Of a stretch of DNA of 37,298 bases, positions 1 to 8,696 are shown piece after piece. Position numbers and translations under genes: made by a program. The stretch is taken from contig JAQUCI010000001.1 of the NCBI GenBank assembly GCA_028686295.1, positions 1 to 37,298 of the forward strand, in the 5' to 3' direction. The notes beneath the pieces are model-generated. The model made no database searches and was not told where the DNA came from. It saw nothing but the letters and a program-made list of their open reading frames with translations. The first letter of the stretch is position 1. Each line of letters begins with the position of its first letter. This DNA comes from Erysipelotrichaceae bacterium (lineage in GTDB: Bacteria; Bacillota_I; Bacilli_A; Erysipelotrichales; Erysipelotrichaceae).

Positions 1-394
1 TGATCATTTGATTTTCATATAATGAATTTAATAATGCATCAAAAAAAGCAATACGTATTATCTTATCATCATAAATAAAATAATTGGTTAGATCTTTTAC
101 TTTTAACATTTCATCATCAATACATTTTTTTCTTTCTAGATAATCAAAATTATCCCAAATGTCAAATAACTCGATTTTTAATCGCTCATAATTCTCTTCA
201 AACATTTCTTTATTTAAAATGCTTTGATAGATAATCTCGCTTTCAAAGAAATCCTTATCTGTTTTCTTAAGCATCTTAATATCATATTTATTGAATTTAA
301 TTTTCATTATTTTAATCTTTGTTTTAATCTGGGGAATATTCTTGATACTAGTAGTTTTAGAGCTATTTAAGATTCTAATAATATTCTGTTTCAT
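1..394 (-). CDS. hypothetical protein (N-terminal part only; gene runs off the left edge)
   Basis: Minus-strand frame is open from ATG 394-392 to position 1 (no stop in the window, hence absent from the ORF track). ATGA start/stop overlap with rsmE suggests translational coupling. Product MKQNIIRILNSSKTTSIKNIPQIK... is Lys/Ile/Asp-rich with no motif I recognise. Confidence 0.45.
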   Translation of the reverse strand, partial: MKQNIIRILNSSKTTSIKNIPQIKTKIKIMKIKFNKYDIKMLKKTDKDFFESEIIYQSILNKEMFEENYERLKIELFDIWDNFDYLERKKCIDDEMLKVKDLTNYFIYDDKIIRIAFFDALLNSLYENQMI

Positions 395-1101
395 GATATT
401 TCATCACCTAACGACAATACACTTAATGCATAACAGGCTGCAGTTTCAGCCCTTAGGATTCGATTACCTAAGGAACAAGCCAAATAACCAATTTGTGTTA
501 AGAATGTGATCTCAGTTTGATCAAAGCCGCCTTCGGGGCCAATGACAATATTCACTTTTCGATCAACAACTATATTCTTAATATGAGTTTCATCATTATT
601 CTCATATGCAACTAGATTCAAACGATCAGAATCATACTTAATCTCATTAATATTTATCGGTTTTTCTACCTTAACCCTTTTAATTCGATGTGCTTGTTCA
701 CAAGCTTCGAGTGTTATCTTATTCCAACGAGTTAATTTATCGTTTAGTTTCTCATTAATCTTAACAATAGTACGAGCAGTTGTGATCGGAATGATCTTAT
801 TAACACCTAACTCTGTTGCTTTCTGTAAGACAAAATCCCATTTATCATTTTTAATTAAAGCCATGTAAAGATTAATTTCATATGGTAACTCAGTGTTTTT
901 GTTGTATTTAGCATAGGGCAAAGCAAAGAAAGTATTATCAATCCTTTTTAGATGACACAGATATAGAGCATTACCATCACTAAATAACACAACGTCGTCA
1001 ACATTTTTGCGCATAACATTAAAAATATGATGTACTTGGTTATCATTAAGTGATACTAGTTTATCGATCATTATATTTTCATCAGAAAAATATTGTTGCA
1101 T
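391..1101 (-). CDS. rsmE: 16S rRNA (uracil1498-N3)-methyltransferase RsmE
   Basis: 236 aa; C-terminal GPEGGF...LGNRILRAETA signature of the RsmE SPOUT methyltransferase family; typical length. Confidence 0.85.
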   Translation of the reverse strand: MQQYFSDENIMIDKLVSLNDNQVHHIFNVMRKNVDDVVLFSDGNALYLCHLKRIDNTFFALPYAKYNKNTELPYEINLYMALIKNDKWDFVLQKATELGVNKIIPITTARTIVKINEKLNDKLTRWNKITLEACEQAHRIKRVKVEKPININEIKYDSDRLNLVAYENNDETHIKNIVVDRKVNIVIGPEGGFDQTEITFLTQIGYLACSLGNRILRAETAACYALSVLSLGDEIS

Positions 1102-1102
1102 A

Positions 1103-1825
1103 TCAATTACCTGAATCTGCTAATTCTTTCAATTTAACAACTTCATAGGGTTTAAGCTTACGATATTTTCCAACTGCAAGATCATTGATCGATAAGAATC
1201 CAAAACGTTTACGATTTAATCTGGTTACTTCATAACCAAAGTAAGCAAACATGTTTTTAACCTGATGATTACGCCCTTCGCTTATCCTTATTTCCAAAGT
1301 AGTTTGTTTTTTAGTAAAATCCTTATTGGTTATCTTGATCTTGGCTGGTAATGTTGTCTTTCCATCTAAATCAATACCTTTTTCCAGTCTTTTGATATGT
1401 TCGCTGATCAAAATACCTTTTAAATCCAATTCATATGTTTTAGGGATATGATATCTTGGATGTATCATTTTATTTGCGAAATCACCATCGTTTGTAAGTA
1501 TTAGTAGTCCAGTCGTATCATAATCTAATCTACCAACGGGGAAAATTCGTTGTTCACATTCAATAAGATCAGTAACGATCAAACGGCTATGTTCATCTGA
1601 ATTTGAACAGATATATTTTTTAGGTTTATTTAAAAGATAGTAAACTTTATCTTCCTTTTGAATAAGTTTACCATCAACGCTGATCTTGGCACCTTTTTTA
1701 ACTTGAAACCCCATTTCAGTTACAATTTGACCATCAACACTTACTAAACCTTTAGCGATCATTTTTTCTGCTTTTCTTCTTGATGCAACTCCACTCTCTG
1801 CTATTACCTTTTGTAGTCTAACCAT
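1103..1825 (-). CDS. rluB: rRNA pseudouridine synthase, RsuA/RluB family
   Basis: N-terminal S4 RNA-binding domain (RLQKVIAESGVASRRKAEKMI) and catalytic-Asp motif GRLDYDTTGLL. Confidence 0.85.
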   Translation of the reverse strand: MVRLQKVIAESGVASRRKAEKMIAKGLVSVDGQIVTEMGFQVKKGAKISVDGKLIQKEDKVYYLLNKPKKYICSNSDEHSRLIVTDLIECEQRIFPVGRLDYDTTGLLILTNDGDFANKMIHPRYHIPKTYELDLKGILISEHIKRLEKGIDLDGKTTLPAKIKITNKDFTKKQTTLEIRISEGRNHQVKNMFAYFGYEVTRLNRKRFGFLSINDLAVGKYRKLKPYEVVKLKELADSGN

Positions 1826-1864
1826 ATGTCCTCCATCAAATTCCTTAATAAAAACGAATTTGAG

Positions 1865-2419
1865 TTAATCAAATAAATTTTCACTATCTGCAAGACTATC
1901 ATAATTAGGAAGTTCGGGCAACTCCTTTAAACTAACTAACTTAAACACATCTAAAAAATCAGCAGTCACTCCATATAGTATCGGTTTACCAGGAGCATCT
2001 GACCTTCCTAATTCCTTAATTAAATTTCGTATTTGGAGCTTGCGAAGCATGATATCACATCCAACTCCTCTTATCTCTTCAATCTCAACTCTAGTGATTG
2101 GTTGCTTATATGCAATGATCGCAAGAGTTTCGATCGCAGCAGTTGAAAGTGTATTATTGTGATTCATTCTAAATAATTTTTCTGCATATTCATGAATATG
2201 TGTTTTAGTCACAAAACGATATATTTCAGCATAATTTACAACTTCAATTCCATGTTCTTCACTTGCATACCTTGTTTGTAACTCATCAAGATAAAGTTGA
2301 ACTTCAGTTGGTAATAACTCTAAAAGTTGTGACAGTTGTTCTTTAGTCACACCCTCTTCTCCAACTATATACATCAAACCCTCTATTATAGCTATAATCT
2401 CTTCTTTATTCATATACAT
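1865..2419 (-). CDS. scpB: segregation and condensation protein B
   Basis: 184 aa; AAIETLAIIAYKQPITRVEIEEIRGV winged-helix signature; 14-nt overlap with upstream scpA as in scpAB operons (start could also be the ATG two codons downstream). Confidence 0.85.
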   Translation of the reverse strand: MYMNKEEIIAIIEGLMYIVGEEGVTKEQLSQLLELLPTEVQLYLDELQTRYASEEHGIEVVNYAEIYRFVTKTHIHEYAEKLFRMNHNNTLSTAAIETLAIIAYKQPITRVEIEEIRGVGCDIMLRKLQIRNLIKELGRSDAPGKPILYGVTADFLDVFKLVSLKELPELPNYDSLADSENLFD

Positions 2420-3137
2420 TACTCCATTTCAACCATATTTCATCATTCTCATCAATATTATAGTATACATCTTGAATTTTAATAAGTTCTAAAACAGCTA
2501 AGAAAGTTATGATGGCTTCATTTATGTCATAACAATTTTTTAACAGTTCGATAAAAGAAAAAGAGCCTTTGATATTACTAAATTTATCCTTAATTGTATT
2601 AACAACTTGTTCAACTGTTAATTCACTGGTTGTACTACGCATTTGTAACGGCTGATTTAAAGCTACATGTCTTAAACATCTATTCATCGCTTTCATCAGA
2701 TCATATGGATTACCATTCAGTTCTGAAAGATCGTTTTCTTGATCAGCATTATTAAACTCAAACGATACAGTTTTTGCAAATTGCTTATTTCTATCGATGA
2801 ATCTTTGAGTTAAAATAACTGATATTTCTTTGAATTTTTGATATTCTATAAGTCTTCTAACAAGTTTTTCTTTCGGATCTTCATCATCTTCTTGTTCGAT
2901 ATCTTTTGAATTAGGCAATAACTGTTTGCTTTTATACTCAAGTAAACCAGCTAATTCTGCTAGATACTCACTAGCTATTTCTAAATGAAAACGATCCATA
3001 TTATTTAAGTATTCCACGTATTGATCAACAAGGATATCCATATTCAAGTCAAAAAGATCTAGCTCTTTTTCTTTTATCAAATGAAGCATAAGATCAAGTG
3101 GACCATCAAATTTGTCTATTGAAACTAAAAAAGTCAC
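2406..3137 (-). CDS. scpA: segregation and condensation protein A (kleisin)
   Basis: 243 aa; conserved N-terminus FDGPLDLMLHLIKEKELDLFDL; sits directly upstream of scpB. Confidence 0.85.
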   Translation of the reverse strand: MTFLVSIDKFDGPLDLMLHLIKEKELDLFDLNMDILVDQYVEYLNNMDRFHLEIASEYLAELAGLLEYKSKQLLPNSKDIEQEDDEDPKEKLVRRLIEYQKFKEISVILTQRFIDRNKQFAKTVSFEFNNADQENDLSELNGNPYDLMKAMNRCLRHVALNQPLQMRSTTSELTVEQVVNTIKDKFSNIKGSFSFIELLKNCYDINEAIITFLAVLELIKIQDVYYNIDENDEIWLKWSNVYE

Positions 3138-3194
3138 TTTATCACCTTGTTAATTATAGCACGAAGCTAAACACTGATGATAGAGCAACATTAA

Positions 3195-3887
3195 TCACTT
3201 AGTATTCTCATATATAACTTGTTGTATACGAATTTTTGTTTCCTCGGCTAACTGTCGTGTTGACCAATCTTGATATTCTTCATAATGAATTGGTTGACAA
3301 TAAACAACTTTAACTGTTTTTCTTTTTTGTTTACTGTCTATTGGTATAAAAGCATTAATTAGTGCAAAAGGTACAATTGGTACTTTAGCTTTTACAGCTC
3401 CTTTAAATGAGCCTGGTTTAAAGTCGCCCATCAATTGAGAGAATGATCTTGTGCCTTCAGGAAAAATAAGAACATTTCTTTGCTTAAGCAAATACTCTTC
3501 TAACTTTCTCGCCATCAATACACCCTCTTTCAAGCTCTCACGCTTAAAAAAGATAACTTCCATCGCTTTATACCAATCAGACAAAAAAGGTATCTTCGCT
3601 CCTTCTACTTTACTAACAGCAGTAATGGGAACATCACATGAGTTTATAAAGATAAAAGCATCAGCTGTTCCTTGATGGTTACCAGCAAACAGAAAACCGT
3701 CTTGAAGTGGAATATTGTTTTTACCAATAACTTCGATATCGATACGCATTGCTTTTATAACCATTGAAGCTGCTTTTTTTAACAAAGGATATCTTTGATC
3801 GTATGGCAATTTTTTTGCTTTTCTAGCATTAGAATAAATCCAAGGTAAACTAGGTAATATCCTTAACCAAAACAATATCAATCTCAT
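3195..3887 (-). CDS. plsC: 1-acyl-sn-glycerol-3-phosphate acyltransferase
   Basis: NHQGTAD (HX4D acyltransferase motif) and FPEGTRS motif; N-terminal hydrophobic segment. Confidence 0.75.
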   Translation of the reverse strand: MRLILFWLRILPSLPWIYSNARKAKKLPYDQRYPLLKKAASMVIKAMRIDIEVIGKNNIPLQDGFLFAGNHQGTADAFIFINSCDVPITAVSKVEGAKIPFLSDWYKAMEVIFFKRESLKEGVLMARKLEEYLLKQRNVLIFPEGTRSFSQLMGDFKPGSFKGAVKAKVPIVPFALINAFIPIDSKQKRKTVKVVYCQPIHYEEYQDWSTRQLAEETKIRIQQVIYENTK

Positions 3888-3888
3888 A

Positions 3889-4362
3889 TTAATCCTTCTT
3901 TAGATATTCAATCACTTTAAAACCTGTGTATGGATTTACACTTATAATATCAAAATCGTTAACATCATATTTTTTAAGCCATGTATCAGCCGGCCAATCA
4001 CCATCTACTAATGATATATAAAGTTTTTTGCAATATGGTAATGCTTGATCATATATTGAAGCTCCACCACATATAAATATTTCTTCTTCAGTATCTACGT
4101 TTTCTTCTAAAAACTTTTTGAAATCATGACAAAAACTAACGTCTCCATCAATTTCAGTTACTTGGTCAGGATAAGCAACGATTACAGTATGACGATCAGG
4201 TAAAGCCTTTTTAAGTGTTTTAAACGTGTTTAAGCCCATAACTACTGTATGACCCTCAGTTTTTGCTTTAAACTGCTGTAAGTCCTCCTTTAAGCGCCAT
4301 GGCATCCATCCTTGATAACCAATCGCAAAGTTTTTATCATGAGCAACGATTAACGATAACAT
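3889..4362 (-). CDS. folA: dihydrofolate reductase
   Basis: 157 aa; LIVAHDKNFAIGYQGWMPWRLKEDLQQFK and GGASIY motifs; immediately downstream of thyA (1-nt overlap). Confidence 0.85.
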   Translation of the reverse strand: MLSLIVAHDKNFAIGYQGWMPWRLKEDLQQFKAKTEGHTVVMGLNTFKTLKKALPDRHTVIVAYPDQVTEIDGDVSFCHDFKKFLEENVDTEEEIFICGGASIYDQALPYCKKLYISLVDGDWPADTWLKKYDVNDFDIISVNPYTGFKVIEYLKKD

Positions 4363-5234
4363 TATACACTCACCTTTCCTTTGATCGGTGGATAAGGGTC
4401 ATACCCTATCAACTCGATATCTTCATATCTGAAATCAAATATATCGGTTATAACAGGATTTAATCTTAATTTTGGTAAGTCTCTAGGCTCACGAGCTAAT
4501 TGTTCATTTACTTGTTCAAGATGATTTTTATAAATATGAACATCACCTAATGTATGAATAAACTCATAAGGTTGATAACCACAAACTTGAGATACCATAG
4601 ACAATAGCAAAGCATAGGAAGCAATATTAAACGGTACTCCCAAAAAAACGTCCGCACTTCGTTGATATAATTGACAAGATAGTTTCTTACCATCTGAACT
4701 AACGTAGAATTGAAAAAATGCATGACAAGGAGGCAAAGCCATATTAGTGACCTGTGCTGGATTATAAGCCACAATCAAATGACGTCTTGAAAAAGGATTC
4801 TTTTTAAGATTCTCGATCAGTTCCGTGATTTGATCTATGCCAAAGAAATCTCTCCATTGTTTACCATAAACTGGTCCAAGATCACCAAATTTTTTAGCAA
4901 ACACATTATCATTCTTTATTTTTTCGACGAATTCAGCCATTGTCTCATTTTGATAATCAACTGAACCTTGAAACTTCGCATAAGGCCAATCATTCCATAT
5001 CCTTACATTCTCATCAACCAAAGGTTTGATATTGGTTGAACCAGAAAGAAACCATAATAACTCCACGACAATTGACTTAAAATGTACTTTCTTGGTAGTC
5101 AATAAAGGGAATCCATTTTCAAGATTAATTCGATACTGATAAGCAAAAGTAGAGATCGTACCAGTGTTGGTACGATCTTCTCTTTCTGTACCACACTCTA
5201 ATACATATTTACATAAATCTAAGTATTGTTTCAT
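4362..5234 (-). CDS. thyA: thymidylate synthase
   Basis: Conserved [10 protein letters not shown], catalytic-Cys motif [28 protein letters not shown]. Start trimmed to MKQYLDL (ATG 5234) because ThyA proteins begin there and GGTGA lies upstream; the track's 9 extra codons look spurious. Confidence 0.9.
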   Translation of the reverse strand: MKQYLDLCKYVLECGTEREDRTNTGTISTFAYQYRINLENGFPLLTTKKVHFKSIVVELLWFLSGSTNIKPLVDENVRIWNDWPYAKFQGSVDYQNETMAEFVEKIKNDNVFAKKFGDLGPVYGKQWRDFFGIDQITELIENLKKNPFSRRHLIVAYNPAQVTNMALPPCHAFFQFYVSSDGKKLSCQLYQRSADVFLGVPFNIASYALLLSMVSQVCGYQPYEFIHTLGDVHIYKNHLEQVNEQLAREPRDLPKLRLNPVITDIFDFRYEDIELIGYDPYPPIKGKVSV

Positions 5235-5288
5235 AAATATCACCAAACTTATTATACACAAATATTACGTTAATGATAACAGATTAAC

Positions 5289-5600
5289 TTACTCTTTTAA
5301 TATTGAGATTTTCTCTGCAATGATATCTGAGCTATAAAATTTGTTTTTTTCTCGGGTTATAAAATTATTAGCCTGTAATCTACCTTTTATGCCAACAACG
5401 GCATTCACTTGACAATCTTGAAGATAATTGTTCATGGTATTTTTCCACAATATTACCTGAAATATATCACTTGTTTTTTCTTGATTAACTATATTTCGTT
5501 CTACTTCCAATAATAATACAGCCATCTGATTGTTGTTTCCAAATTCTTTGATAACTGGTTCTTCAATGATCTTACCTACCAAAACTACTTGATTTAACAT
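5289..5600 (-). CDS. single-stranded DNA-binding protein paralogue lacking the acidic C-terminal tail
   Basis: 103 aa; MLNQVVLVGKI..., GIKGRLQ and IIAEKI align with the OB-fold of Bacillus SSB (MLNRVVLVGRL...GRLQ...AE). It ends right after the OB fold. Strong AAAAGGAG RBS. Confidence 0.7.
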   Translation of the reverse strand: MLNQVVLVGKIIEEPVIKEFGNNNQMAVLLLEVERNIVNQEKTSDIFQVILWKNTMNNYLQDCQVNAVVGIKGRLQANNFITREKNKFYSSDIIAEKISILKE

Positions 5601-5651
5601 TGTTCTTTATCTCCTTTTTAACCATTATCAATAAAAATGAAACAAAAGAAA

Positions 5652-5690
5652 AATTGACATATTTGCATTATTTCACAAAAAATGTCAATT
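5652..5690. promoter_or_regulatory. 9-bp perfect inverted repeat, each arm containing TTGACA on one strand
   Basis: AATTGACAT (5652-5660) ... 21 nt ... ATGTCAATT (5682-5690), in the 151-nt gap upstream of the ssb-like gene. Confidence 0.35.
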
Positions 5691-5751
5691 ATAATTAATA
5701 TTATAATACGTTTAAGCAACCCTAAGGTCATTATGATAATTTTGTTTCAAA

Positions 5752-6144
5752 TTAAAATACAGTCCATCCAAGCATATGGAAAATAAAGGCGATCAATAAA
5801 ACGATAAGTGCTAAAAGGTAGACAAACCTTACCATGCCATAAGTTTTCTTACGATATAAGAAAAAGTCATTTGTACACTCATTCACTATGATCTCAAACG
5901 CTTCATCAATTATCACTTTCACTTGATCATCATCTGCTTCATTTCCAAGATTTTCTTTAACCATATCTTGATAAACATCAAAAAACATTTGGTAAGCCTC
6001 TGGTGTCCTTTCCGTTTTTTCAATATTTGAACCACCTGTAAAACGTAAAGATGAAGCTATCTTAGTTTTTAATTCATATTGAGCATTGTCAACGATCGTT
6101 TGAATTAACTCTTGTTCTTTACTTTGTTCGTTTGCTTGTTCCAT
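5752..6144 (-). CDS. hypothetical acidic protein with a C-terminal membrane anchor
   Basis: 130-aa ORF starting 2 nt after the stop of the M16 peptidase gene; acidic soluble part followed by one hydrophobic helix (FVYLLALIVLLIAFIFHML) at the C-terminus; no recognisable family. Confidence 0.5.
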   Translation of the reverse strand: MEQANEQSKEQELIQTIVDNAQYELKTKIASSLRFTGGSNIEKTERTPEAYQMFFDVYQDMVKENLGNEADDDQVKVIIDEAFEIIVNECTNDFFLYRKKTYGMVRFVYLLALIVLLIAFIFHMLGWTVF

Positions 6145-6146
6145 GA

Positions 6147-7439
6147 CTATCCCTCTGTCTTTCTTATTTCAACAATACTAGCATTGCTCAAATCCAATCG
6201 TTTGACTACTGATATAAGTGTTTTTCTATCGATGTTATTTATAATATTCATACTTTCAAAGATATCGATTTCATCAAACACACTTCTAAGATAAGCCACA
6301 CCAATATCAGACACGTTATTGAATAAACGTATCGATTTTCCGAAATATCTTCTCTTTAACTGTATCAACAATTCATCTGATATCAATTCTTTTTTTAATT
6401 TTAATAATTGATCTACTACCATTTCCTTAAAGGAGAAGGGATCTTCTATTTCATTATAAAACAATAATAAAGCATAATCATCCGAAATATCAACGTCATA
6501 ACCAAAATAATCAGTTATCTTCTTTTCATCTAACCAGTCTTGATATTTGTTGTTTAAACCAGTGAAGTATCCTTCTAAAAGTAATCTTAATCCCCATTCT
6601 GTTTTTATACGATCAATACTAGTTTCTTTTAAAACAGGCAATTTAAACGCTAGACAAACCTTTGTTTTATTAACGTCCATCTTGATACTGATAAAATCAT
6701 TTACAACATTAATCGGTTCATTAAAATATGCACGCTTTGGTAAGAAATTATCTTTGAACGTTTTTTTGTTTTGATTCTTTTCAATGACATCAAAAATCAG
6801 CTCTGGTGATGTTGGAGTTACGATCGTTAATAACATATTCTTTGGAAAATAATTAAGCTCATATGCATTATTTAAATCATTAAGTGACATTCTTTTCACT
6901 GATTCTTCACTACCAACGATATCATATTTTAACGGAAACTGATGATAGAGAGCTTTTAGTGTTTCCATCAATAAACGATGATCAGGAATTTGTTTGTACA
7001 TAAGTAATTCCTGCATGATTATCCCCTTTTCTTTTTCAATGCTTTTTTCATCAATATTCAAATTCTGTACAAAATCGATCAACATTGTCAATGGTGTAAC
7101 TACATCTTGATTACTTGTTGTAAAATAATAGACAGTTTCATTATATGATGTGAATGCATTAACATTAGCTCCAATGTTTGAAAACATTCCCATTACATCT
7201 TTATCTTTATCTTCAAATAATTTATGTTCAAGAAAGTGAGCTGCTCCAGTAGGAACTTCATTCTCTAACTTATTAATGTATTGTTTGTAATCCAGCGAGC
7301 CAAAAGGCACAGCAAAAAAAGCACTTGAAGAATTATAATCAGGTTTATGGATCACATGAACTCTTAACCCATTAGTTAAAATCTTTTTGTAGATCGTTTC
7401 TTGATATTTATCATTATATATCTTCTGCATCTTTATCAT
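6147..7439 (-). CDS. M16 (pitrilysin/insulinase) family zinc peptidase, active-type subunit
   Basis: 430 aa with inverted zinc motif HFLEH (HxxEH) followed by E further on; pairs with the upstream M16-like gene as YmfF/YmfH do in Bacillus. Confidence 0.8.
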   Translation of the reverse strand: MIKMQKIYNDKYQETIYKKILTNGLRVHVIHKPDYNSSSAFFAVPFGSLDYKQYINKLENEVPTGAAHFLEHKLFEDKDKDVMGMFSNIGANVNAFTSYNETVYYFTTSNQDVVTPLTMLIDFVQNLNIDEKSIEKEKGIIMQELLMYKQIPDHRLLMETLKALYHQFPLKYDIVGSEESVKRMSLNDLNNAYELNYFPKNMLLTIVTPTSPELIFDVIEKNQNKKTFKDNFLPKRAYFNEPINVVNDFISIKMDVNKTKVCLAFKLPVLKETSIDRIKTEWGLRLLLEGYFTGLNNKYQDWLDEKKITDYFGYDVDISDDYALLLFYNEIEDPFSFKEMVVDQLLKLKKELISDELLIQLKRRYFGKSIRLFNNVSDIGVAYLRSVFDEIDIFESMNIINNIDRKTLISVVKRLDLSNASIVEIRKTEG

Positions 7440-8670
7440 CCTTACCTTTTAAAATAAACGTCGTATTTAATTTTAAAGTCTTGAAAACCTGATTAATATC
7501 AGACCTGTTAATAGTTTTGATCTTTTCAATGATATCTTCAGGTTTAGTTACAGATCCAATCAAATGATTCATAAACGAAAAGTTGATGTAAGCTTGTGGA
7601 TTATCATTGATACTTTTATAACTGTTAATTAACATCTGTTTTGCTGAATGAAATAAGAAATCGCTAAATTTGTCATCTTCAATAGTCTTTATCTGTTCAA
7701 CTATCAACTCTTGTGCCAATTCAGTATTCTCATAATTTATGCCTGTACTTATAAGCATAATACTATCAAAACTGATTAATGAAGAATAAATGCTATAACA
7801 AAGGCTTTTTTTCTCTCTAACTTCTGTAAATAATAGTGAATTTGGTAATTGACCAAGCATCGCTGTTGCAATCTTTAGTGACCAATACCTATCATCATCT
7901 ATCGTAATTGACGTATTATAGATAAGTGTCAATATTGATTGTTCAATATTCCTTTCTATAATCCGTTTTTTACTAGTACCTATAGAAAATTGATAATGAT
8001 AATTAAATCGATCAGTACTATTTAGATCGATCAAATATTTTTGACAAAGTTGTTCGGCTTGTTCGATCGTGATTTGTCCAACGATTCCAACATATATATG
8101 ATCTTTTTTCAACATATTTAGATATTCATTTTTAACATCAGCAAGCTTTATCGTTTTGAGAAGATTAATATCACCTGATATATCAATACCCAAAGGATAG
8201 TCATCTCCAGCAAGAGCTAAAGCTTGTTTATTAGCGTATTCCTTTGGGTCGTCTTCATTTCTTAAAAGCTCATTATTAAGGGCCTGTTTTGCTTCATTAA
8301 AGACTTTTTCATCCAATAAAGGATTTAGTATGATCTCCTTGATAAAATCAAATTGTTCTTCAAGCAAATTAAAATCAGCAAAACGTTGATCAATAGTCCT
8401 TATACTGAATTTTATCATCGCTCCATATCCAAAACCATTACAGCTAATATTAAAACTAGCTCCATAGAGCTCATCCAAAGCTTTATTCATTTTTTGTTTA
8501 GTATCATATTTAAAACTACGATCTTGCATCATCAACGCTAACAAAGATCTTACAGTCGCATTTTTATGATCAATTTTTTGTATAAACCTAACTTCAAGCG
8601 TCAAATCTTTAAATTTATCAGTATTATGTACATACAGATCGATATTATTTAGAATTTTTCTATGTTCCAT
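7414..8670 (-). CDS. M16 family peptidase-like protein, non-catalytic type (no HxxEH)
   Basis: 418 aa of M16-like length and architecture, with no HxxEH motif in the N-terminal region; 26-nt overlap with the active-type partner. Confidence 0.7.
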   Translation of the reverse strand: MEHRKILNNIDLYVHNTDKFKDLTLEVRFIQKIDHKNATVRSLLALMMQDRSFKYDTKQKMNKALDELYGASFNISCNGFGYGAMIKFSIRTIDQRFADFNLLEEQFDFIKEIILNPLLDEKVFNEAKQALNNELLRNEDDPKEYANKQALALAGDDYPLGIDISGDINLLKTIKLADVKNEYLNMLKKDHIYVGIVGQITIEQAEQLCQKYLIDLNSTDRFNYHYQFSIGTSKKRIIERNIEQSILTLIYNTSITIDDDRYWSLKIATAMLGQLPNSLLFTEVREKKSLCYSIYSSLISFDSIMLISTGINYENTELAQELIVEQIKTIEDDKFSDFLFHSAKQMLINSYKSINDNPQAYINFSFMNHLIGSVTKPEDIIEKIKTINRSDINQVFKTLKLNTTFILKGKDDKDAEDI

Positions 8671-8696
8671 TAATCCTCCAAATCAATAAAATTCAA

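Noticed and set aside
291-509. 72-aa plus-strand ORF bridging the rsmE 3' end and the left-edge gene
   Set aside because: It is antisense to two coupled minus-strand genes (ATGA overlap at 391-394). The hydrophobic Ile/Leu/Phe-rich product is typical of antisense translation of AT-rich coding DNA.
4547-4774. 75-aa same-strand alternative-frame ORF inside thyA
   Set aside because: It is embedded in the most conserved part of thyA (catalytic-Cys region) and has no start context, so it is an overlapping-frame artefact.
3889-5600. ssb-thyA-folA as a prophage or mobile-element remnant (phages often carry td/frd/ssb)
   Set aside because: Flanking genes are core chromosomal (plsC, scpAB, M16 pair, ftsK). 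No phage structural, integrase or repressor genes are present, and composition looks like the rest of the window.
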